DNA of 64,000 nt from an uncultured Pseudomonadota bacterium (lineage in GTDB: Bacteria; Babelota; Babeliae; Babelales; UBA12411), in contig CAZBHK010000001.1 of the NCBI GenBank assembly GCA_964491895.1, positions 91,280-155,279 of the forward strand. The letters run 5' to 3'. A program made the position numbers and the translations under genes. This document shows, piece by piece, positions 20,680-29,284 of the stretch. Each line of letters opens with the position of its first letter. Position 1 is the first letter of the stretch. Under the pieces are notes generated by a model. It was not told the DNA's origin and ran no database searches. It saw only the letters and a list, made by a program, of their open reading frames with translations.

Positions 20680-21929
20680 AAAAGTTTTTATTTATTTTAG
20701 TTATTATTTTAGTATTGCCTATGACACGAATTTTTTATAATGTTTTATCTAGTGGCGAATTTTATACTTTTGACTCTGATTTATCTAAAAAATATTTAGA
20801 TAATCAGAAACGAGAAGATAGAAAGATTTTTTTAGTACATATAGTTAAGGGTTTTGGTGGCGCAGAGATGCATACATTAAACCTTTATAGAGGATTTATT
20901 GAAAAAGGATACAATGTAAATCTTCTTGTTTCTAGAGTTTCTGGGTTAGCTGAGAAATGTAGAGAATTCAAGATGCCTTTTTATACAACGAATGCTGAAA
21001 ATTATAAACGGATTAAAGCTTTATTTAGAAGAGTTGTTAGATCGAGGATAGAAGAGTTAGCTAAGAATAAAGATGTTATACAGGTTTATACAGAAGATGA
21101 AGGATGGGCTTCAAAGGGTCTCCCTGCAAGGCTTGTTATCACTAAGCATGTGCCAACTCCATTCAAGTATGCTCAGGAAACAATGAGCAATATGGATGGT
21201 ATTATAGCTGTAAGTAAATATATTAAAGAAGATCTAGAACAAATTAATAACAAGTATAATCTTGGTGTTAAAAGTATAGATTTTATAGCACCGTTTTTTG
21301 ATGAAGAAAGATTTTTAAATTTTAAAACATCAGAGAATCGTCAAAAGTTTTTTAAAGAACATTTTAATGTAACAATTAATGAATTACCGGTTATTTGTGT
21401 TATAGCTAATATGTATAAGGATGCTTTACACAAAAATCATCGATTATTATTTAAAGTTTTGCAAACACTTGTTCATGATAAGAATAAATTTGTACAGGTT
21501 GTATTAGCTGGTGATGGTTCAGATAGAGAGAATTTAGAAAAAATTATAGCCGACTATAAATTAACTGATAATGTTCATTTCTTAGGTTTTACGGATAAAA
21601 TTGCTGATGTTCTGTATCATTCCGATATTAATATACTTCCTAGCGGCAGAGAGGCATTCGGCATTGTGCTCTTAGAAGGTGCGCTTATGAAGAAGCCTCT
21701 TATTTATTCTACAGGCAATGGTGGCGAAGCTGTTGTTATACATGAAAAGACAGGCTTATTGTTTAAGAATAATGATGAAGTAGATCTTCTTAGACAGATT
21801 GAGCGCTTATTGGATAATCCTAAATTAGCTAAGCAGCTTGGTGAGAATGCCTATACACATGTTAAACAAAATTTATCTGTTCAAGCCGGATTAGAAAAGA
21901 TGGAAGAGTTTTATAATAAAATTTGGTGA
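20676..21929 (+). CDS. Glycosyltransferase family 4, tandem paralogue with N-terminal signal anchor
   Basis: GGAEMH, EAFGIVLLEGALMKKPLIYSTGNGG identical to the preceding gene. Confidence 0.9.
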   Translation: MKKFLFILVIILVLPMTRIFYNVLSSGEFYTFDSDLSKKYLDNQKREDRKIFLVHIVKGFGGAEMHTLNLYRGFIEKGYNVNLLVSRVSGLAEKCREFKMPFYTTNAENYKRIKALFRRVVRSRIEELAKNKDVIQVYTEDEGWASKGLPARLVITKHVPTPFKYAQETMSNMDGIIAVSKYIKEDLEQINNKYNLGVKSIDFIAPFFDEERFLNFKTSENRQKFFKEHFNVTINELPVICVIANMYKDALHKNHRLLFKVLQTLVHDKNKFVQVVLAGDGSDRENLEKIIADYKLTDNVHFLGFTDKIADVLYHSDINILPSGREAFGIVLLEGALMKKPLIYSTGNGGEAVVIHEKTGLLFKNNDEVDLLRQIERLLDNPKLAKQLGENAYTHVKQNLSVQAGLEKMEEFYNKIW

Positions 21930-21998
21930 CCCCAAGGGGATTCGAACCCCTGTTCCCGCCGTGAGAGGGCGATGTCCTAACCACTAGACGATGGGGCC
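21924..21998 (-). tRNA. tRNA-Glu (anticodon CTC)
   Basis: Reverse complement folds as a cloverleaf: GGCCCCA/TGGGGTC acceptor, CT-CTC-AC anticodon loop, GGTTCGAATCC, encoded CCA. Confidence 0.96.
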
Positions 21999-22107
21999 TA
22001 GTGTCTTTATAATATACCGTTGCTTTTAAGCCTAGTAAAGGCTCATTTGAGTTAAATTAAAAACAAGTACATTTATATATCTAATTAGAGTTTTTTTTAC
22101 ACTTTTC

Positions 22108-22135
22108 TTTACATCAGGCCTTAATACTTTATATT
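22108..22135 (+). promoter_or_regulatory. Possible sigma70 promoter for the membrane protein-potABCD operon
   Basis: TTTACA-16 nt-TATATT; AT-rich background limits specificity. Confidence 0.35.
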
Positions 22136-22190
22136 AATGAAATATGGCGTTTTGGGTGGGGTTATCCCCTATATTAAAGAGGTTTATAGC

Positions 22191-22868
22191 ATGAAACATT
22201 CACATGACCATTCACATGATTTAACAGAGATGCGTATCCATGAATCTCTATGGGAAGAGTTAACAGCTCATTTTCCGTATGCAATCATTTCTGTGGCCTT
22301 GAGTATAATAACATTAAGTTTACTTACTTATGGTGCATTTACAGTAAAAGATGCCCGAAAGTTCTTTCATATTTTCCATTATTTACATCTGCTTTTTTCA
22401 GGAACGGGTGTTATTTTAATTTTTAGGAAATACTCTAAGAATGTGCCATTAGGGTTAGCTTTAGGGTTTCTGGTTCCTGCTGTTTTTTGTACATTGTCTG
22501 ATTCTATTTTGCCATTTGCTGGGGGTATATATTTAGGGCTACCAATGCATTTTCATATTTGTTTTTGGGATCACTTAAGAATCGTTTTACCATTTTTAGC
22601 TTTTGGTATTCTTAATGGTTTTGTAATGAGTAGTAATTCAGAAGGCAAGGCTTTATTTTATTCTACTGGTTCACATTTTTTACATGTATTTATTAGTTCT
22701 CTAGCATCAATATTATATTTTTTTAGTTATGGCTTTGAATCTTGGTATAGTCAAATAGGTTTTGTATTTGTTTTTTTAATAGGAGCAGTTTTGATACCAT
22801 GTTCATTAGCAGACATAGTTGTTCCCATGATTTTTGCGTATTTACATAGCAAAAGAAGTAAAAGATAA
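22191..22868 (+). CDS. Uncharacterised His-rich multi-pass membrane protein with an internal repeat
   Basis: ATG 22191 follows an agaggt RBS; HSHDHSHD N-terminus; HxxH and CxxxD motifs occur twice. Confidence 0.8.
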   Translation: MKHSHDHSHDLTEMRIHESLWEELTAHFPYAIISVALSIITLSLLTYGAFTVKDARKFFHIFHYLHLLFSGTGVILIFRKYSKNVPLGLALGFLVPAVFCTLSDSILPFAGGIYLGLPMHFHICFWDHLRIVLPFLAFGILNGFVMSSNSEGKALFYSTGSHFLHVFISSLASILYFFSYGFESWYSQIGFVFVFLIGAVLIPCSLADIVVPMIFAYLHSKRSKR

Positions 22869-22871
22869 GAT

Positions 22872-23960
22872 ATGAGAAGTATACGTATTGATAATGTTTC
22901 AAAATCACTTGATGGTGAAGTTATAATAGATAACCTTAGTTTAGAAGTTCCTTCTGGGAAGTTCTTTGTTCTTTTGGGTCCCAGTGGTTGTGGAAAAACT
23001 ACATTATTACGTTTAATAGGTGGTCTAGAAACGGTAGACTCTGGTCGTATTTTTTTGGGCGATCAAGAAATTACTAAGACGCCTATTTATAAGCGTAGTA
23101 TTAATACAGTTTTTCAGCAGTATGCGTTGTTTCCACATCTTAATGTTTTTGAGAATGTTGCATATGGTTTACGTATTAAGAAGGTGAAGGAAGATGAGAT
23201 TAAAGAGCGAGTTTTATCTTTTTTAAAGACTGTAAGACTTAGTGGGCATGAATATAAAAATATCCAAAATTTATCTGGTGGGCAACAACAACGTGTGGCA
23301 CTTGCTAGAGCAATTATTAATAAACCTGATGTCTTATTATTAGACGAGCCGCTTGCTGCATTAGATTTACGTTTACGTGAACAGATGCTTATAGAGCTTA
23401 TAGATCTTCAAGAAAGGTTTGCAACAACGTTCGTTTATGTTACTCATGATCAGACTGAGGCATTAACGGTAGCTGATAAGATGGCTATTATGAATACGGC
23501 TGGAAAGATTGATCAGATTGGAACTCCTAAGGAAATATACGAGTTTCCAGCATCAAGATTTGTTGCTAATTTTGTTGGAACTACCAATATTATTGAAGGA
23601 AAATTAATAATAGATAAAGAAGCTTTTATTTTCGATACAAGTTTTTATAAGTTTTCTGTATTTTCTCCAATTAAGAAAGCTTGGATGGTTTCTAATACAG
23701 ATTGTTATATGAGTGTTAGACCGGAAAAAATTCTAATTACTAAAAGTACAATGGAAGGTTTTTCTAACCATTTAGAGGGAACAGTAGAGAGTATTATTTA
23801 TCATGGTCAGTCCACGAAGTATAAGGTTAGATTATCTAAAGGCTCTATATTGATGGTTTTTGAACAAAATGAAGAACATTTTCCACGAGAATATATAGAT
23901 TATGATGATAAAGTTAATCTATATTTTCAGAAGGAAAACGTTGTGTTGTTGGAGCACTAA
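22872..23960 (+). CDS. potA: Spermidine/putrescine ABC transporter ATPase
   Basis: GPSGCGKTT, VFQQYALFPH, LSGGQQQRVALARA, LLLDEP. Confidence 0.93.
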   Translation: MRSIRIDNVSKSLDGEVIIDNLSLEVPSGKFFVLLGPSGCGKTTLLRLIGGLETVDSGRIFLGDQEITKTPIYKRSINTVFQQYALFPHLNVFENVAYGLRIKKVKEDEIKERVLSFLKTVRLSGHEYKNIQNLSGGQQQRVALARAIINKPDVLLLDEPLAALDLRLREQMLIELIDLQERFATTFVYVTHDQTEALTVADKMAIMNTAGKIDQIGTPKEIYEFPASRFVANFVGTTNIIEGKLIIDKEAFIFDTSFYKFSVFSPIKKAWMVSNTDCYMSVRPEKILITKSTMEGFSNHLEGTVESIIYHGQSTKYKVRLSKGSILMVFEQNEEHFPREYIDYDDKVNLYFQKENVVLLEH

Positions 23961-24856
23961 TGAAATTTTTACGTGATATCCTTAGGGAAGAGCTTCCTTT
24001 TTTCTTAGCAACGCCAGCTATTTTATGGCAGATTTTTTTTCTATATATTCCTTTTTTAATGATGATAGTATTTAGCTTTATGTCGTTTACTGATTCAGGG
24101 TTTCAGTATTCTTTAACGTTATCGCATTATTTACGTCTATTGAAGCCTGTTTATTTAAAAATTATTATATCATCATTTTCATTAGCATTATTAACATCTG
24201 GCCTGTGTTTATTGATAGGGTATCCAGTTGCATATTTTATAGCTATTAAGGTTAGAAAATGGAGAATGTTATTATTGTTGTTGATAATAATACCATCATG
24301 GGCGAATCTTATAGTCCAAGTTTATGCTTGGTTTTTTCTGCTTGATCCTAATGGGATACTTAATAATCTTTTGTTTGCTTTTGGTATGATTTCGAAGCCG
24401 CTGCGAACACTTAATACAATTTATGCAATTTTGATAGGTATGGTTTATGTATTTTTACCATTTATGATTTTACCTATATATGCGGTTGTATCGAAGATGA
24501 ATAAGCGTCTATTGGAGGCCTCTTCAGATCTTGGGGCTAGCAGAACAACAACATTTATCAAAATTATTATTCCATTATCTATGCCTGGTATATATACAGG
24601 ATTTTTATTAGTGTTTATACCAGTATTTGGAGAGTTTGCTATACCTACTTTATTAGGAGGTTCTAAGAATGCATTTTGGGGAACTGTGATAGTTGAAAAA
24701 TTCTTAGTATTAAGGGATTGGGCATCTGGCTTTGCATTTGCATGGTCAGGTATAGTTTTTATTATATTATGTTTTTTTATAATTTTTGTTTTTTCTTATT
24801 TATATAAAATATTAACGAACATCAAACACTTACAGGAGAATAATGGTAGAAACTAA
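23960..24856 (+). CDS. potB: Polyamine ABC permease
   Basis: LPFMILPIY, LLEASSDLGA (EAA), GEFAIPTLLGG. Confidence 0.9.
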   Translation: MKFLRDILREELPFFLATPAILWQIFFLYIPFLMMIVFSFMSFTDSGFQYSLTLSHYLRLLKPVYLKIIISSFSLALLTSGLCLLIGYPVAYFIAIKVRKWRMLLLLLIIIPSWANLIVQVYAWFFLLDPNGILNNLLFAFGMISKPLRTLNTIYAILIGMVYVFLPFMILPIYAVVSKMNKRLLEASSDLGASRTTTFIKIIIPLSMPGIYTGFLLVFIPVFGEFAIPTLLGGSKNAFWGTVIVEKFLVLRDWASGFAFAWSGIVFIILCFFIIFVFSYLYKILTNIKHLQENNGRN

Positions 24857-25640
24857 AAATGTTTTTGTAAGGGCGATGCATCCTTTTTTTGTTTCGATAG
24901 TGTATTTATTTTTATATATACCAATTTTTATTTTGATTTTATTTTCTTTTAATGCGTCTACTTCGACAGCATTGAAGTGGGGTGGTTTTTCATTGATATG
25001 GTATAAGAATTTGTTTATATCACCGGAAATATTATCTGCATTAAAGGTTACACTAATAGTTGCATGCTCTGCGACATTTTTGAGTATTGTGATGGGTACA
25101 AGTTTTGTATTTGCAACTAAGTGGTGGAAATCACCTTTGTTAGAAAAGATTTTTTTAAGTAACGTGATCTTTCCAGATATTATTTTGGCTGTTGGTTTAT
25201 TAAGTATTTTTTCTTTTTTTCGTGTACCACTAGGATATGTAAGTCTTATAACAGGACATACATTAATAGGATTAGGGTTTGTTGTTCCTATAGTTAAATC
25301 TAGGTTTATTGAAATAGATCCTATATTGACAGAAGCTTCTTTAGACTTAGGTGCAACACAACTTGGTACGTTTTGGAAAATTATTTTACCATTATTAGGA
25401 CCATCATTTTTAGCTGCTGGGTTACTAGTATTTACATTATCATTAGATGATTTTTTCATTGCTTTTTTCTGTTCTGGTGCAAAGATTCAAACGTTATCAG
25501 TTTATGTTTTTTCAAAGATTAAAGATTTATTAGATCCTACTATTAATGCCTTATCAGCTTGTATGTTAGCTATTAGTAGTCTTTTGGTTATTATTCTTTC
25601 TATGTTCAAAGTGGTTGATCAGGTGATAAGTAATGAATAG
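24843..25640 (+). CDS. potC: Polyamine ABC permease
   Basis: FLYIPIFILILFSFN, EASLDLGA, FTLSLDDF. Confidence 0.9.
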   Translation: MVETKNVFVRAMHPFFVSIVYLFLYIPIFILILFSFNASTSTALKWGGFSLIWYKNLFISPEILSALKVTLIVACSATFLSIVMGTSFVFATKWWKSPLLEKIFLSNVIFPDIILAVGLLSIFSFFRVPLGYVSLITGHTLIGLGFVVPIVKSRFIEIDPILTEASLDLGATQLGTFWKIILPLLGPSFLAAGLLVFTLSLDDFFIAFFCSGAKIQTLSVYVFSKIKDLLDPTINALSACMLAISSLLVIILSMFKVVDQVISNE

Positions 25641-26715
25641 GATATCCTTATTCTATAAAGGAATAATTTTAGTTTTTTGGATTACATTAATTTTATGTAT
25701 TTTGTATACACCAAAATTAATATCTAATTTTTTTAAAACAGAAAAAGAATTATCATTTTTAACATTTATTGATGCAGTATCTCCCAAAGTTGTAAAAATG
25801 TTTGAAGAAAAAACAGGTATTAAGGTTCATGTAACATACGTTGAGAATAATGATGATTTGCTTGCAAAATTAAAAATTACAAAAGGTAAGGGACAGGACT
25901 TATTTATTGTATCCGATTATGTTGTTAAACTTTTGCGTGATCAGAATTTACTTAAAGAGATAGATAATAAACGAATAGTTAGTTTTAAGGATTTAGATAC
26001 AAAGATTTTGAATCGATCTTTTGATCCTAATAATAAATATTCTATACCATTATCATGGAATATTTATGGTATAGCTTATGATAAAAATGTTTGGGAAAAT
26101 CCACCAAGTGATTCTTGGGATATTCTTTTTAAGTCTCCGGCGAGTTTGAATAAAGATTATAGAATTTGTATGGTAGAGGATCCTCGTGAAGCTATAAGTA
26201 TAGTTTCGTTATATATGTTTGGACATTTAGGTAATATAAATGAAGAACAATTAGATAAGATTAAGGATTTACTTGTTAAGCAAAAACAATGGGTAGAAAG
26301 TTATACAAATAATAGACAAGATTATTTTGTTTTAGCAGGACTTATTGCTCTTACAGTAATAGATAGTACATATTTTAGAAAAATTTCTACTGAAACTAAG
26401 AATTTTAGTTTCTTTATACCAAAAGAAGGCAGCTTACTAGTTGTTGAAAATTTGGTTGTCTCTAAATCTACTGATAAAATGGATAATATATATAAGTTTA
26501 TTAACTTTTTGCTATCAGAAGAAGTAGCATTAATTAATAGTCAAACATTTCATTATACTCCATCTAATACAAGAGTATATCCACGATTAGATATAGAAAA
26601 ATATAGGGATATTTTTTCTTTAACCGCTAAGGATTTCACTAAGATTGATACTCTTCATGATGATTTTCCACGAAGGAAAATAGAAGATTTATGGTTGGCC
26701 ATTAAGGTTGCATAA
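25633..26715 (+). CDS. potD: Polyamine ABC substrate-binding protein
   Basis: FEEKTGIKV, SDYVV, FDPNNKYSIP, PKEGS; completes potABCD. Confidence 0.85.
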   Translation: MNRISLFYKGIILVFWITLILCILYTPKLISNFFKTEKELSFLTFIDAVSPKVVKMFEEKTGIKVHVTYVENNDDLLAKLKITKGKGQDLFIVSDYVVKLLRDQNLLKEIDNKRIVSFKDLDTKILNRSFDPNNKYSIPLSWNIYGIAYDKNVWENPPSDSWDILFKSPASLNKDYRICMVEDPREAISIVSLYMFGHLGNINEEQLDKIKDLLVKQKQWVESYTNNRQDYFVLAGLIALTVIDSTYFRKISTETKNFSFFIPKEGSLLVVENLVVSKSTDKMDNIYKFINFLLSEEVALINSQTFHYTPSNTRVYPRLDIEKYRDIFSLTAKDFTKIDTLHDDFPRRKIEDLWLAIKVA

Positions 26716-26726
26716 TTAAGGTTGAT

Positions 26727-27914
26727 ATGGATAAGTTACGTAAATCCTTTGAAGGATTATATAAGAAGTTTGTTAATAAAAGTGCTCGATTCAAAAATAA
26801 AATAGAATTTTTTGATATAGAAGGTTTATCAACAAAACATAAACTAGGACATATGCTTTTGGAGCGAGCAGAGGAAACAGTTAAGCAAATTAAAGACATT
26901 TATGAGCAAGATTCAATTAAGATAGATCAATTAGATCTTCAAAAAAAGATTCAGGAATTTAAATCTATATATAAGAATCTTTTAGATCTTACAAAGCCTG
27001 AAACAATACAATGGCTTGAAGCTTTGGCCATAGCAATAGTAGTAGTACTTTTTTTGAGAAATTTTGTTGTTGGTCTAAATCATATTAATAGTGGATCAGC
27101 TGAGCCTACGTTATTAGTAGGTGATCGTATACTTGGTAATAAAATGGCATATATTTTTGGTAAAAAACCTAAAGTTAATGATTTTATTATGTTTGAAGAT
27201 CCTAAGTTTGAGTATGATCAGTATAATAAGGCTACATATTTTTTCCAAAAATATGTAGGTATAGGATTATCATTTATAGGATTAAGTAATGGGCCAGATA
27301 ATATTGTAAAAAGGATTATAGCTATTCCAGGAGAGACTATTGAAGGTAGGCTTGAAAATGGTAAGCCAGTGATATATAAGAATGGAATTAAATTAGAAGA
27401 ATCTTATATTAATAAGTATCCACTTATAGCTATAGAGAAAAAAACTGGACTCATTGATTTAGATAGTATTGGTCCAGTGCCAATTCCTAAATTTTTAAAA
27501 ACTTCTTCTAAATATCCATTGTTTTATACATATGTTCCTGGAGTTTCGTTTTCTAATCAACCATATTACAATATGTCTTCTGAAGAGGTTGGATTAAAAC
27601 CTGGTACATTACGTCCATGGATGCAAGAACCACATGAACCTTCAGTTAATGAGTATGGAAAAGTTGTTGATGTTTTTGATCCTGTAGTTATACCAGAAGG
27701 TCAGTATTGGGTTATGGGTGATAGTCGTCAAAATAGTAAGGACAGTAGATTTTGGGGCTTGCTTGATGAGAAATACATTACTGGTAAAGTGGTATTAATT
27801 CTATATTCTATAGATAGTGAAGAGCCGCTTTGGTTGTTTGAATTGGTTAAGAGTCCAATTCAATTTTGGAAAAAGTCAGTACGTTGGAATAGAATTTTGA
27901 AAACAATTAGTTAA
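26727..27914 (+). CDS. lepB: Signal peptidase I with long N-terminal extension
   Basis: SGSAEPTL (Ser), VKRIIAIPG (Lys), GDSRQNSKDSRFWG. Confidence 0.93.
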   Translation: MDKLRKSFEGLYKKFVNKSARFKNKIEFFDIEGLSTKHKLGHMLLERAEETVKQIKDIYEQDSIKIDQLDLQKKIQEFKSIYKNLLDLTKPETIQWLEALAIAIVVVLFLRNFVVGLNHINSGSAEPTLLVGDRILGNKMAYIFGKKPKVNDFIMFEDPKFEYDQYNKATYFFQKYVGIGLSFIGLSNGPDNIVKRIIAIPGETIEGRLENGKPVIYKNGIKLEESYINKYPLIAIEKKTGLIDLDSIGPVPIPKFLKTSSKYPLFYTYVPGVSFSNQPYYNMSSEEVGLKPGTLRPWMQEPHEPSVNEYGKVVDVFDPVVIPEGQYWVMGDSRQNSKDSRFWGLLDEKYITGKVVLILYSIDSEEPLWLFELVKSPIQFWKKSVRWNRILKTIS

Positions 27915-27926
27915 TGGGAGCATATA

Positions 27927-29222
27927 GTGAATAAAAGGGCAACGTTTTTTCAGCTTACACCATTTATTATATTTGTTTCTCTTTTTTTGATTTCTACAAT
28001 TTGGTTTACATCAAAAATTTCTCCTATTTTTTCTTGTTTGATAGCAGTAGTTTTTTCATTTTTTACATTTTTGGATAAAACTCCTTTTAATAAGAAGATG
28101 GATATTTTTTTAGCGGGAGCTTCTCATCCTACTGTTATAGCAATGATTTATATTTTCATATTTTCATCAGTTTTTACTTATGTTTTGGAACAGATAGGTG
28201 CAATAAGCGCAGCTGTATTTTTTAGTTTGAAGTTAATACCTTGTTCTCTTATATTGCCCGGATTTTTTACAGTAGTTGCTATTTTTGCTGTTGCAATAGG
28301 AACATCAATGGGTACCATTGTTGCTTTTCTTCCAATAGGAATTGGAATAGCGCAGAAGATAGGTGTTTCTCCAGCATTAATGTCAGGATTGGTTGTTGGT
28401 GGTGCAATGTTGGGAGATAATTTATCTATTATTTCTGATACAACTATTGCGGCAACACAGACGGTTGGCGCTAGAATGCAGGATAAGTTTTGGGAAAATT
28501 TACGTTATGTTATTCCTGCATTTTTATTAACGCTTATAGTGTTGATATTTATAAATAACAGTATTACACACGTTGATTTGGATTTAGTTGTGGAGCCTGT
28601 AGGGTTTATAGGATTAATAAAGCTTATTCCTTATATAATAATTTTGGGATTAGCATTGTTAGGTATAGATGTTATAGCAGTATTAGTTATAGGTATTTTG
28701 GCGACATTAGTTATAGGTATTTTTTTAGGATATTTTTCAGTTATAGAATCATCGTCTCTTATTTTAGATGGTTTTACTAAAACTCGTAGTATTCATGAAG
28801 TTTTGATTTTAGCTTTATTAGTAGCGGGTCTTTCTAAGATAGCAGAGTATAATGGTGGTTTAGATTATTTGTTAAAAAATCTAAGTAAGCGTGTAAAGTC
28901 TAGTATTGGAGCAGAGATTGTAATATCTATTTTGATTTTTTTAATTAATGCTGCTGTGGCTATTAATACAATAGCTATTCTTATTACTGGACCGGTTGCG
29001 AAACATATAGGTGATAAGTTTGGTGTTAGTGCAAAGCGTAATGCTGCATTACTAGATATTTTTTCTTGTATTTGCCAAGGTATACTTCCGTATGCACCTC
29101 AATTATTGTTGGCAGGTTCTATAGCTGGTATTTCAAGTGTATCTATTATTCCGCATCTTCATTATCAATTTTTCATTTTTGTTGTAACAGTCCTTTCAAT
29201 GGCAAGAACATACAGAAAGTGA
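27927..29222 (+). CDS. NhaC-family transporter (candidate methionine importer, MetT-like)
   Basis: AIGTSMGT, GGAMLGDNLSIISDTTIAA, GILPYAPQLL; about 11-12 TM. Confidence 0.85.
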   Translation: MNKRATFFQLTPFIIFVSLFLISTIWFTSKISPIFSCLIAVVFSFFTFLDKTPFNKKMDIFLAGASHPTVIAMIYIFIFSSVFTYVLEQIGAISAAVFFSLKLIPCSLILPGFFTVVAIFAVAIGTSMGTIVAFLPIGIGIAQKIGVSPALMSGLVVGGAMLGDNLSIISDTTIAATQTVGARMQDKFWENLRYVIPAFLLTLIVLIFINNSITHVDLDLVVEPVGFIGLIKLIPYIIILGLALLGIDVIAVLVIGILATLVIGIFLGYFSVIESSSLILDGFTKTRSIHEVLILALLVAGLSKIAEYNGGLDYLLKNLSKRVKSSIGAEIVISILIFLINAAVAINTIAILITGPVAKHIGDKFGVSAKRNAALLDIFSCICQGILPYAPQLLLAGSIAGISSVSIIPHLHYQFFIFVVTVLSMARTYRK

Positions 29223-29284
29223 ATAGTTTTTTTATAAAAAATTTTATACTATATTGAATATAAATTTAAAACAAAGGTGTCCTA

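Noticed and set aside
24830-25459. 209-aa minus-strand ORF
   Set aside because: Entirely antisense to potC; long open antisense frames are expected opposite hydrophobic, T-rich genes
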